DNA of 64,000 bases from an uncultured Marinoscillum sp. (GTDB lineage Bacteria; Bacteroidota; Bacteroidia; Cytophagales; MED-G16). A model generated the notes under the pieces. It did not search any database. It was not told the origin of the DNA and saw only the letters and a program-made list of their open reading frames with translations. The stretch is from positions 6,802-70,801 of the forward strand of contig CABYXZ010000007.1 of NCBI GenBank assembly GCA_902523065.1, written 5' to 3'. Position numbers and translations under genes: made by a program. This document shows positions 20,001 through 28,314 of the stretch, piece by piece (the stretch's first letter is position 1; every line of letters begins with the position of its first letter).

Positions 20001-21553
20001 TAATTTGAAATGTGTTTTGGCTTCTTACTTAGTACTGCAATTGGAGTGTCATTTCCCATTGATCCAATTGGCTCACTTGCACTCTCAGTCATAGGATATA
20101 TGACTTTCTCAATATCCTCTTTTGAATAACCGAAGACCTTATGAAACCTTTCTAAATCAAGATCATTAATCTTTTTAAATTTCGATTTTTTCTTAGGTAA
20201 CATGTCGGCAGTTATTCTGTTTTTCTTTAGCCAGTTATTATAAGGCTCTCTATTACATATTGTGTTCTTTATCTCTTGATCAAACTTTACCTTATTTCTT
20301 GTAAAATCTATACTTAATATTTTTCCTGATCTAAGGTTCCCTTTTTCTTTTATGTTACTTGGTTCAATATCTAAAACACCAGTCTCTGAAGCCAAAATGA
20401 TTCTATTGTCTTCAGTAATAGTATATCTCATCGGCCTGAGTCCATTTCTATCTAGAATTGATCCTATACTTTTTCCGTTGGTGTATATAATTGCTGCTGG
20501 ACCATCCCATGGTTCAATAATTGATGATTTGAACTCATAAAAAGATTTCTTAGAATCAGACATTGTATCGTCATTGTCCCAGGCTTCAGGGATTAACATC
20601 ATCATGATCTCGTCAATGTCTATATTAGAAAATGACAACAACTCTATTAAATTATCTAGGGATGCAGAATCTGATTGATCATTAGATGTAACTGGTCTGA
20701 TAATATTTAACTCTTCATTAGTAAATAGCTTTGATTCAAATCTAGACTCAGCAGATTTCAAAGAATTCAAATTGCCTTGTAATGTATTAATCTCTCCGTT
20801 ATGAGAAATAAATCTAAATGGCTGAGCCAACTTCCAGGATGGAAATGTATTTGTAGAAAATCTAGAATGCACAATTGAAAAACAACTTTCAAAAAGGTGA
20901 TTTGATAGGTCGGGATAAAATGTTCTAACCTGGTGTGTTGTTAACTGTCCCTTATATACAACTGTATTAGTTGAAAGCGAAGCAATATAAACTGAATTTG
21001 ACAAGTTTTTATTATTATGATTACCAATAACATTTTCAATGTGTCGTCTTGATATGTACAAGACTTTATTAAATTCATCTTCATCTTTGAAATAGTTATT
21101 CGGTTTAATTATCCACTGTTCTATCTTGGGTATGAAATTAAAGCTTGACTTACATAAATCATTCTTATTAGTTGGAACTTCTCTTTTATAGATGATTGAA
21201 TAACCAAATTTCTTAAAAGTATCATCAAAAATTTTTATAGATGTATTATAGTCTTTTGTATTATTAGGTAGAAAAAACATTCCAAGACCATATTTTCCTG
21301 GAGATGGTAATAAAATATTTTTTTGTGAAAGCTCATCTAAAAGTAACTTATGTGGAATTTGAGTTTTAAGACCTGCACCATCTCCTATTTTTTTGTTATT
21401 ACCTGTAGCTCCCCTATGACTCATGTTCTCTAGAACTGTTAAGGAGTTAGCTATAATATCATTGGATCTTGTACCATCAATATTTGCAACACATCCAATA
21501 CCGCACGCATCCGATTCGAATCTTTTCCTGTAAAGACTATTTTTAGAACTCAT
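17063..21553 (-). CDS. gltB: Glutamate synthase (NADPH) large subunit
   Basis: 1496 aa. It has an N-terminal amidotransferase region (DACGIG), an FMN domain (GEGGEDE; KMAQGAKPGEGGQLPG) and a C-terminal GXGXG domain. Confidence 0.95.
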   Translation of the reverse strand: MSSKNSLYRKRFESDACGIGCVANIDGTRSNDIIANSLTVLENMSHRGATGNNKKIGDGAGLKTQIPHKLLLDELSQKNILLPSPGKYGLGMFFLPNNTKDYNTSIKIFDDTFKKFGYSIIYKREVPTNKNDLCKSSFNFIPKIEQWIIKPNNYFKDEDEFNKVLYISRRHIENVIGNHNNKNLSNSVYIASLSTNTVVYKGQLTTHQVRTFYPDLSNHLFESCFSIVHSRFSTNTFPSWKLAQPFRFISHNGEINTLQGNLNSLKSAESRFESKLFTNEELNIIRPVTSNDQSDSASLDNLIELLSFSNIDIDEIMMMLIPEAWDNDDTMSDSKKSFYEFKSSIIEPWDGPAAIIYTNGKSIGSILDRNGLRPMRYTITEDNRIILASETGVLDIEPSNIKEKGNLRSGKILSIDFTRNKVKFDQEIKNTICNREPYNNWLKKNRITADMLPKKKSKFKKINDLDLERFHKVFGYSKEDIEKVIYPMTESASEPIGSMGNDTPIAVLSKKPKHISNYFKQLFAQVTNPPIDPIREKDVMSLITHLGNVSNLLSQKDTDCRNIMLESPILNDETLEKIRSIDIFNLQSKTINAYYKVDKKGGNLKKALNRLCRYVDDAIDDGYEFIIISDRFLDSSHAPIPSLLSCSCIHNHLIRSGKRGKVGLIVESGDAWEVHHYATLLSFGANAINPYMAFATIRKLRESNSSSDIKKLKTLKNNYINSIEKGLLKVFSKIGISTLKSYQGSQLFEIIGINRNTVDQYFTSTTSRIQGLGINDIERENNKKHFHAYNHEQSDLDVGGLLSWKKEGEKHAFNPETISLLQHSTIKNDFSLFKKYSSKVNHLNKTSIRSNFDFNFINDSIPLSEVESSKNIYKRFATGAMSFGSISHEAHTNLAIAMNRLGGRSNSGEGGEDEVRFKIKENGDNLSSAIKQIASGRFGVTINYLNNAKEIQIKMAQGAKPGEGGQLPGHKVDDWIARVRNSTPGVGLISPPPHHDIYSIEDLSQLIFDLKNANRDADISVKLVSKAGVGTIAAGVAKAKSDKILISGYDGGTGASPISSIQHAGLPWELGLSETQQTLMKNGLRSRVKLQVDGQIKTGRDLAIASILGADEWGISTAALISQGCIMMRKCHLNTCPVGIATQDKTLRKRFNGEVDHMVNLIHFLTEELREIMASLGVRKVDNLIGNTKLLKQRNNQHWKTKNLDLNPILFSHLDKPKNYYNSSHQKGFLSDQLDYVLLEKIKDTLDNPSVRSNVSTHIKSTDRAVGTIISSEISRKFGSEAISEDSININFIGSAGQSFGAFGSKGLTLKIEGDSNDYFGKGLSGAKLIIRPPKESRFLANENMIIGNVALYGATSGSCFINGKAGERFCVRNSGVDVVVEGVGDNACEYMTGGVALILGNIGKNFGAGMSGGIAYIYGNKNLNNFNKSSIDLVNTNEEDIKKIKALLLSHRKYTDSHLASFILDDIQNQKNNFTKVYPKELRRIHEKNKINVNG

Positions 21554-21707
21554 TTGTTAAATTATATGAATTAAAAAAAAAGAGACCTTTTCTTATTAAA
21601 ATAAGAAAAAATCAGCTTAAAGTTAAAATTTTTGTAAAAAAAGATGTGATAACATTAAAATATTAAAGATTATAAATTATTTGTTATCAAATTTTTATAT
21701 TACGTGG

Positions 21708-21935
21708 ATGAAAATTACACACATTATTGTTACGTTATTTTTAATAAGTTGTTCTTCTGATACGGACTGCTGTTCAGAGCCAGATACATGTATAAATGAA
21801 AATTTGATAGATCCTAATAAAGCTTGTACAAAGGAATACAGACCTGTTTGTGGATGTGATGGTATAACATATGCTAATCCGTGTGTAGCAGAGGGGAATG
21901 GAGTTACAAAGTGGACTGAAGGAACTTGTGATTAA
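21708..21935 (+). CDS. Small lipoprotein with a Kazal-like serine-protease-inhibitor domain
   Basis: ATG at 21708 gives MKITHIIVTLFLISCSS (lipobox). The C-terminus CTKEYRPVCGCDGITYANPCVAEGNGVTKWTEGTC matches the Kazal core Y-x-PVCG-x-DG-x-TY-x-N-x-C. Confidence 0.6.
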   Translation: MKITHIIVTLFLISCSSDTDCCSEPDTCINENLIDPNKACTKEYRPVCGCDGITYANPCVAEGNGVTKWTEGTCD

Positions 21936-21942
21936 ATAGAAA

Positions 21943-23247
21943 TTATTTTACTATTAACTTCTTATATAACTTCATGCCATCTTTTTTGTGGGCTTCGATA
22001 ATGTAAAGACCTTCTTGTAAATCAATTTTAATATCAGAAACACTATCCCCAAGTTTTTTTGCAAATACAACTCTTCCGTCTTTGGACACTATGTAAATGC
22101 TTTTAACATCTTGAGTTGATACGATATTAATTTTTGAACCTCTTTTAACTGGATTAGGATAAATTCCGAATTTTAAATTTTCAACTTCAAAGGAAAGTAT
22201 TGGACCTGTATTATCGCAACCGGAATTTGATTTATTAACATATGCTTTTATCCATTCCATAGCTGGTCTTTCATTAGCACCAATATTCTCACCGTGAACA
22301 AGATAAGCAGTCTCTCTCCACATGTGATCCTTAACGTATCCCCACAGGGTTATTCCAGCTACATCAGGATGCTCCCACATAATAGGAAACAAATTCTGAT
22401 ACCTTGTTAGCTGTGTATTCTCAGCATTAGTACCTTCAGCGTCGATATCTAACTCTGAGATATAAATTGGAAGATCGGTAGCTCCAAGTTGATCAAGAGA
22501 AAATTTCATCTGGTTTGGTGTCATTTTTTCAATCGTAAATGAATGACCTTGAACACCAATAGCATCAATTAGATCTTTATTTTTAAGAATATTTGCAATT
22601 GCAATATGTTCATTTCTATTGCCCTGACTATTTAAAATTCCATAATCATTCAAGATAAGTTCTGCGTTTGGACAGTGTTTTCTTGCAAGTTCAAAAGCTT
22701 TAATAACCCAATCGACACCAGTGTCTCCCAACCCACCTAGAGCATCTATATAATTTGCTCTGTAAGACCCATCTTGTTTCTTTCCACCGTCTGGTTTGTT
22801 AGCTCTTGCTTCATTAACAACATCAATCTGATCAGTATCTGGATATCTTTTACAAAATTCACTAATCCACTCTTCGATTTCCTCTAACTGTTCCTCAGCT
22901 GATAAGTTATCCATCCACGCTGGCTGCTGATTACCCCAAATCAGAGTGTGTTGTTTAAATTTAAGTCCATTATCCTTCGCAAGTTGGTATGCCTTGTCAA
23001 GTCCGTCCCACCTCATAACGTCTCTCTGCCCTTCAATAAATCCCCATTTTCCAGCATTTGAAGGAGTTACCTGATTCCAATACGTAAGCCAATTTTCAGG
23101 TGTTGTAGTAATATTTGATGAAGATAAATCCCTAGATATGTTACCCAGATACTTAGAACAATTCTCCCATGTATCTGAAACAATTTGAGAGTTTGAGTTA
23201 ATATTTAATAGAAAAAATAATGTTAAGAATATTGAAAAAAACTTCAT
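21943..23247 (-). CDS. GH10 endo-beta-xylanase-like enzyme with a T9SS C-terminal sorting domain
   Basis: 434 aa with a signal peptide. GH10 motifs are NQVTPSNAGKW, HTLIWGNQQPAW, VVNEA (acid/base Glu), NDYG, GVQGH and ISELDI (nucleophile Glu). The C-terminus (GIYPNPV...LYIIEAH...KKLIVK) looks like a Por/T9SS CTD. Confidence 0.8.
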   Translation of the reverse strand: MKFFSIFLTLFFLLNINSNSQIVSDTWENCSKYLGNISRDLSSSNITTTPENWLTYWNQVTPSNAGKWGFIEGQRDVMRWDGLDKAYQLAKDNGLKFKQHTLIWGNQQPAWMDNLSAEEQLEEIEEWISEFCKRYPDTDQIDVVNEARANKPDGGKKQDGSYRANYIDALGGLGDTGVDWVIKAFELARKHCPNAELILNDYGILNSQGNRNEHIAIANILKNKDLIDAIGVQGHSFTIEKMTPNQMKFSLDQLGATDLPIYISELDIDAEGTNAENTQLTRYQNLFPIMWEHPDVAGITLWGYVKDHMWRETAYLVHGENIGANERPAMEWIKAYVNKSNSGCDNTGPILSFEVENLKFGIYPNPVKRGSKINIVSTQDVKSIYIVSKDGRVVFAKKLGDSVSDIKIDLQEGLYIIEAHKKDGMKLYKKLIVK

Positions 23248-23248
23248 C

Positions 23249-24622
23249 TTACTTTTTTATATCTAGTTCTCTTAAATGACTCTCGTCTGCGTCACTTCTA
23301 ATTATAATTGAACTAGGCAATTCGCCAAGCTCATTATATTTTTTAGTCATTGAGTTAGCAAGATTTCTTGCCAACTCTTTGTTATCTTCAAATATATTAT
23401 TTTTTTCACCAGGATCATTACTCATATTAAAGAGAAGAGTGTCGTGTGCATCAATCGGACTTTTATACCAGGATCCCGGCCAACCGCTATAAGGTAATTT
23501 AATTTTCCAGTCACCCTTTCTATAACCCTCCAATCTTTCATAATCAAAGTACAAATAGTCCCTATCATAGTTCAAGTTTTGACCATTAAATAACACTGCT
23601 ATATTGATGCCATCAAGAATTAGATCATCTGGTATTTTTGAATTTGTTAATGATGCAAGAGTTGGGAACCAATCTAATTGACTTGTGATCTCATTGCTTA
23701 TAGTTCCAGGTGGAATTACTCCACTTAACATGGCAACAGTAGGAACCCTCATACCCCCTTCAAAAGTATACATTTTACCATTTCTTAAGTTTCCTGGTGA
23801 GCCACCCATATCCTTCATAGTAAGCCATGGACCATTATCACTACTAAAAATAATCATGGTATCATCAAGCAAATTTTTCTCTCTTAATTTCTCTATAATT
23901 TTTCCAACACTCCAATCTAGTTCTTGTATCACATCACCATAGAGCCCTCTTTCAGAAGAGCCTATAAAATCCTCAGATGCGTAAATAGGAACATGTGGCA
24001 TCGGATGTGCCAGATATAAATAAAAATTATTCTCAGAATTGGATTCAATAAATTTTATTGATTCTTCAGTTAACTTTTTTGTCATTAAAGATTGATCTGG
24101 AAAATGATCAACCACTTCGTTACCTCTAAAATAGACTGTACTTGCCATATCATTACTATATGGAATTCCAAAAAAGGAATCAAAACCTTGCTGAAGTGGG
24201 AGGTATTCATACTTGTGACCCAAGTGCCACTTACCAATAATACCTGTGCTGTACCCATTATCTTTTAGAAGTTCTGCAATGGTATATTCTGAACTTGGCA
24301 TTCCCGTGTGGCTATCAGGAAAAAGAACACCATTGAGGCCAAATCTTTGCGGTAACCTACCGGTTAACATTCCTGCTCTCGAAGGTGTACAAACGGAGGA
24401 CACAGAGTAGAAGTCAGTAAACTTTATTCCGTTATCTGCAATAAAATCAATATTAGGAGTAGATATATCATTAGCTCCAAATGAGCTGAGGTCACCGTAC
24501 CCAAGATCATCAGCAAAAATAAATATTATGTTTGGACCATTATCATCCTTACTATTATCCGATACCTGACAAGAAGTTATTGAGATTAAAATAGTAAAAA
24601 GAAAGATTACAGATTTTGACAT
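23249..24622 (-). CDS. Formylglycine-dependent sulfatase (arylsulfatase-like)
   Basis: 457 aa. N-terminal IIFIFADDLGYGD and sulfatase signature CTPSRAGMLTGR, with a later GKWHLG and SDNGP. Confidence 0.9.
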   Translation of the reverse strand: MSKSVIFLFTILISITSCQVSDNSKDDNGPNIIFIFADDLGYGDLSSFGANDISTPNIDFIADNGIKFTDFYSVSSVCTPSRAGMLTGRLPQRFGLNGVLFPDSHTGMPSSEYTIAELLKDNGYSTGIIGKWHLGHKYEYLPLQQGFDSFFGIPYSNDMASTVYFRGNEVVDHFPDQSLMTKKLTEESIKFIESNSENNFYLYLAHPMPHVPIYASEDFIGSSERGLYGDVIQELDWSVGKIIEKLREKNLLDDTMIIFSSDNGPWLTMKDMGGSPGNLRNGKMYTFEGGMRVPTVAMLSGVIPPGTISNEITSQLDWFPTLASLTNSKIPDDLILDGINIAVLFNGQNLNYDRDYLYFDYERLEGYRKGDWKIKLPYSGWPGSWYKSPIDAHDTLLFNMSNDPGEKNNIFEDNKELARNLANSMTKKYNELGELPSSIIIRSDADESHLRELDIKK

Positions 24623-24639
24623 TTTCCAATTTGTTGTAA

Positions 24640-24656
24640 ATCTATATCATATAGAT
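24640..24656. promoter_or_regulatory. 17-bp palindrome ATCTATAT-C-ATATAGAT in the divergent sulfatase promoter region
   Basis: Read directly from the sequence. It lies 18-34 nt upstream of the minus-strand sulfatase start (24622) and overlaps a near-consensus -7 box (minus strand TAGATTTA). Confidence 0.25.
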
Positions 24657-24728
24657 AAGAAAAAAAAAGTGAGAAAAAATGTTAAAAGTAGAGTAAAAGA
24701 TTAGATTTATGGTATCAATAAAAATCAA

Positions 24729-26159
24729 ATGAGACTTAGACTTTTTTTACTTACGTTGCTATTTAATGTAAACTGCTCCAATGCAATTTCTCAATCTAAA
24801 GAACCAAATATTCTTTTCTTTCTTGTTGATGACTTAGGATGGTATGATCTTGGGTTCCAGGGATCTAAATTCTACGAGACCCGAGTAATTGACTCACTAT
24901 CAAAAAGAGGAATGATATTTAGTTCAGCATACTCCTCTCATCCAAGATGCGTTCCGTCTAGGTATGGTATAATGACTGGAAAATACCCTGCAAGAACTAA
25001 AAGTCCTGGTCCAGGATCACAACTAAAAAGTTCTGAGTACACCATAGCTGAAGCTCTTAAAGATAACGGTTACTCAACATTCATTGCAGGTAAATGGCAT
25101 CTGTCAAGAGGAAAGAGTGGATCATCACCTGAAGAACAAGGATTTGATCAAAATTATGGTGGAGGAGATTCAGGAGTTCCAAAGTCATATTTCTATCCGT
25201 ATAATATCCAGACCAGAGGAAGGGGAAATGAAAACGCTCCAGATATTACAAAACTTCCAGAAGTAGAAAAAGGATATCATCTGACAGACCAACTTACAGA
25301 TCTAACATTAGACTGGATTGATAAGAATTATGTTAGCAAAAAAAGCAAAAAACCTTTTTTTATTTACCTGTCACACTACGAGGTTCATACACCTTTTGAA
25401 GGGAAACTGGATTTAGAAGAAAAATATAAAGCTAAAGCTGAAAGGTTATATGAAGGAAAAAATTTAAAAAATCCATTTTCATTTGAGTCTACAACAGGAG
25501 AAACCAAATTGAGACAAGACAATCATATATACGCTGCTATGATTGAGAATCTTGATAATAATTTTGGAAGAGTTATCGATTTTCTTAAAAATAATGGTTT
25601 ATATGAAAATACAATAATTGTATTTACATCAGATCATGGAGGACTTTCTAACAGAGGTAACGGAAGACCTCTTGCTACCTCCAATTTACCTCTTAGAGCT
25701 GGAAAGGGACATAATTATGAGGGTGGAATCAAAGTTCCACTATTTGTGGTATGGGAAGACAAAATAAAAAAAGGTTTATCTAATACTTTGGTGACAGGAA
25801 CCGATCACTTTCCTACACTACTTGACCTCGTAGGTATCAAGCTGATGAATGACAAGCATTTAGATGGGATAAGTTTCAAAAATTCACTCATGGGAAAATT
25901 TCAAGATAACAGTAAAAGACCCGTTTTCTGGCATTCACCAAGACCAAGACCAAAAAGCACAGGAGACCTTGCAAATACCACTGTTAGACTTGGTGATTTT
26001 AAGTTGCTTGACTTTTATAGAGAGGGTAGGATTGAACTTTATAATTTGAAGGAAGATCAAGGAGAGACTAATGATTTATCTGATATAATGCCTCAGAAAA
26101 GAGATGAATTATATGAAATGGTAAAGAACTGGAGAAAGTCGGTTGATGCTACTGAATGA
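24729..26159 (+). CDS. Formylglycine-dependent sulfatase
   Basis: 476 aa. ILFFLVDDLGWYD, signature CVPSRYGIMTGKYP, GKWHL and TSDHGG. This is the only plus-strand gene in the locus. Confidence 0.9.
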   Translation: MRLRLFLLTLLFNVNCSNAISQSKEPNILFFLVDDLGWYDLGFQGSKFYETRVIDSLSKRGMIFSSAYSSHPRCVPSRYGIMTGKYPARTKSPGPGSQLKSSEYTIAEALKDNGYSTFIAGKWHLSRGKSGSSPEEQGFDQNYGGGDSGVPKSYFYPYNIQTRGRGNENAPDITKLPEVEKGYHLTDQLTDLTLDWIDKNYVSKKSKKPFFIYLSHYEVHTPFEGKLDLEEKYKAKAERLYEGKNLKNPFSFESTTGETKLRQDNHIYAAMIENLDNNFGRVIDFLKNNGLYENTIIVFTSDHGGLSNRGNGRPLATSNLPLRAGKGHNYEGGIKVPLFVVWEDKIKKGLSNTLVTGTDHFPTLLDLVGIKLMNDKHLDGISFKNSLMGKFQDNSKRPVFWHSPRPRPKSTGDLANTTVRLGDFKLLDFYREGRIELYNLKEDQGETNDLSDIMPQKRDELYEMVKNWRKSVDATE

Positions 26160-28311
26160 TAATACTTGTCTTTTTTTGTTCAACTCCATCTAAACTAATA
26201 AGAAAAACGAATTGACCTGTTAGTCTTGACACATCAACAGAGACCTTTGATTTATTTTTAAATTCTTTATTATCAAAAGTTTTACCGGTAACATCAACAA
26301 GTTTGATCTTGATTTCCTTGTAAACTTTATCTAAATGAATATGCAAATTTTTATCAACAGGATTTGGGAATAAACTATAATTTTTAATTTCTTTTCTTTC
26401 AATAGATAAAACTTGATTGTAAGAAATACATTCTGACTGAACTTGTCCACAATCAGGATCACTTATTATCACGTAATAACTTCCAGATTCTTTTGGCTTG
26501 AAAAATCTACTCGTTTCACCTGAAATTGCTTGATTATTTGAACAATCATACCACTGATAATCAGAATCTAGTTGCTCAGCATATAATTTTCCATCTGAGT
26601 CATAAACATTATTAGTCAATTGACCATCTAAAGATAATTCAATTGTAATAATACTATCCATACCATTTTTTGCAACCAATGACGCTGTATAAATTCCACT
26701 CTCAAAATATTCGTTATTATCAGGAGCGATATATGATTCAGAGCAGGTACTTACAGAAATAAAACTAGATGGTGAACTTTGAGCAATATTCCTTCTCTTG
26801 AATTCTAGCTCAAACTGATCAATAATATTAGAGTAATTTGAATCTGAACACCTATTAATTTTTTCATCGTAATCTATCTCATAATCATAAAACTCACAAG
26901 CAATTGTATTTCCATATCTCTCACCTGATCTATAATCCATCTGTACCCATTTTGTATATCTATACCTTTCATCTCTAAGTGAATACCCCATAACTCTTTT
27001 ACCACCTGACATTCTCGTATATTGAGCAAGAGCCGCGTGTCTGACCTTATGGTTCGGGTCAGACATTACTTTTTTTATTGACCTTCCCTCAACTTCACTT
27101 GGTATACTTATACCCGCCAAATCACACAGAGTAGGATAAATATCAAGAAGTTCAACTGGTGAGTTTGTTTTATTGTTTTCTATTCCGTGATCGGGTGAGT
27201 ATATTATCATAGGTGAACTAACTGCCTGCTCAAAATTTGTGTGCTTGATCCATAGACCGTGGTCACCAAGATGCCAACCATGGTCACCCCACAATACAAT
27301 AATTGTGTTATCTGATAATCCAAGATCATCTAGCTTTGACAATAACTTTCCAATCTGCGCATCTACATATGAAACGCAAGCTTTATAACCATGAATCAAT
27401 TCTTTTTGTTTATCAATAGTGATGTTGCCGTTTATTGGAATATCTGAATAACTATTTACAAGTTCATGATTATTGTGAAATGCAATTGATGGTATGCTAC
27501 TGTCTCTATCTTGTTCAGGGTGAATAGAAATATTATTTCTATCATACAGATCCCAATATTTTTTAGGTGCAACAAAAGGAAGATGCGGTTTGGTATATCC
27601 AACAGCTAGAAAAAAAGGTTTTCCAGAGTTTGCAGCCTCTTCCATCTTTATCATAGCGTAGTTTGTCCTTGCTCCGTCAACGTATCCATCATCTGGGAGA
27701 TCTTGATTTCCCTCTGTTGATGGCTTACAAAGTGGGAAAAGCTTTCTTGCCTCTCTCTTTCCGTTGAATGAAGTAATATTATTTGAAGATATGTAACTAT
27801 TATACTGATTAATAGCTTGGTGTACTAATGGATCTTGGTAACCTGATTTTCCAGCATCATTACTAAAGTAGTACTGATTAGGCATTCCTTGTAAAAATTG
27901 AGTTGACCAAGATTTTGAGTCATAGCCGTTATCAACGGACCTACTATCAAATATTTTTCCTAGCCCAACGGAATAATAACCATTATTCTTAAAATGTTGA
28001 GGTAAAGTAACAACATTAGGATTCTCGTCTCTTATTTGAGTTTCTAAATCCCATACTCTTGTATTATCAGGGTATAAACCAGTGAGAAGACTTGCCCTGG
28101 ATGGAGCACAAATAGCTTGTTGGGTAGAAGTATTAAGAAATGATGTGCCCTTTGCTGCTAGTGCATCAATATTTGGAGTAATCATATCCTGGTGACCATA
28201 AGATTTAAACATTGGTTTTAAATCGTCAACTGATATGAAAAGAATATTCTTTTGAGCACTTAAAAATGTTAGAGGAAAAAGGAGAAAAAATGATAGTAAA
28301 AATCTTTTCAT
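26149..28311 (-). CDS. Iduronate-2-sulfatase-like sulfatase with an extra beta-rich module and a T9SS C-terminal sorting domain
   Basis: 720 aa. Motifs NILFISVDDLKP, QQAICAPSRASLLTGLYPD and LWGDHGWHLGDHGLW. The C-terminal 75 aa or so (YSLFPNPVDKNLHIHL...GQFVFLISL...) are typical of a T9SS CTD. Confidence 0.88.
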   Translation of the reverse strand: MKRFLLSFFLLFPLTFLSAQKNILFISVDDLKPMFKSYGHQDMITPNIDALAAKGTSFLNTSTQQAICAPSRASLLTGLYPDNTRVWDLETQIRDENPNVVTLPQHFKNNGYYSVGLGKIFDSRSVDNGYDSKSWSTQFLQGMPNQYYFSNDAGKSGYQDPLVHQAINQYNSYISSNNITSFNGKREARKLFPLCKPSTEGNQDLPDDGYVDGARTNYAMIKMEEAANSGKPFFLAVGYTKPHLPFVAPKKYWDLYDRNNISIHPEQDRDSSIPSIAFHNNHELVNSYSDIPINGNITIDKQKELIHGYKACVSYVDAQIGKLLSKLDDLGLSDNTIIVLWGDHGWHLGDHGLWIKHTNFEQAVSSPMIIYSPDHGIENNKTNSPVELLDIYPTLCDLAGISIPSEVEGRSIKKVMSDPNHKVRHAALAQYTRMSGGKRVMGYSLRDERYRYTKWVQMDYRSGERYGNTIACEFYDYEIDYDEKINRCSDSNYSNIIDQFELEFKRRNIAQSSPSSFISVSTCSESYIAPDNNEYFESGIYTASLVAKNGMDSIITIELSLDGQLTNNVYDSDGKLYAEQLDSDYQWYDCSNNQAISGETSRFFKPKESGSYYVIISDPDCGQVQSECISYNQVLSIERKEIKNYSLFPNPVDKNLHIHLDKVYKEIKIKLVDVTGKTFDNKEFKNKSKVSVDVSRLTGQFVFLISLDGVEQKKTSIIIQ

Positions 28312-28314
28312 ATT

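Noticed and set aside
21513-21520. Possible att-type direct repeat of the tRNA-Val 3' end (GATTCGAA) at the far end of the PUL, which would indicate a tRNA-integrated island
   Set aside because: Only 8 nt match, and they lie inside the conserved N-terminal coding region of gltB. No integrase or other mobility gene is present anywhere in the window.
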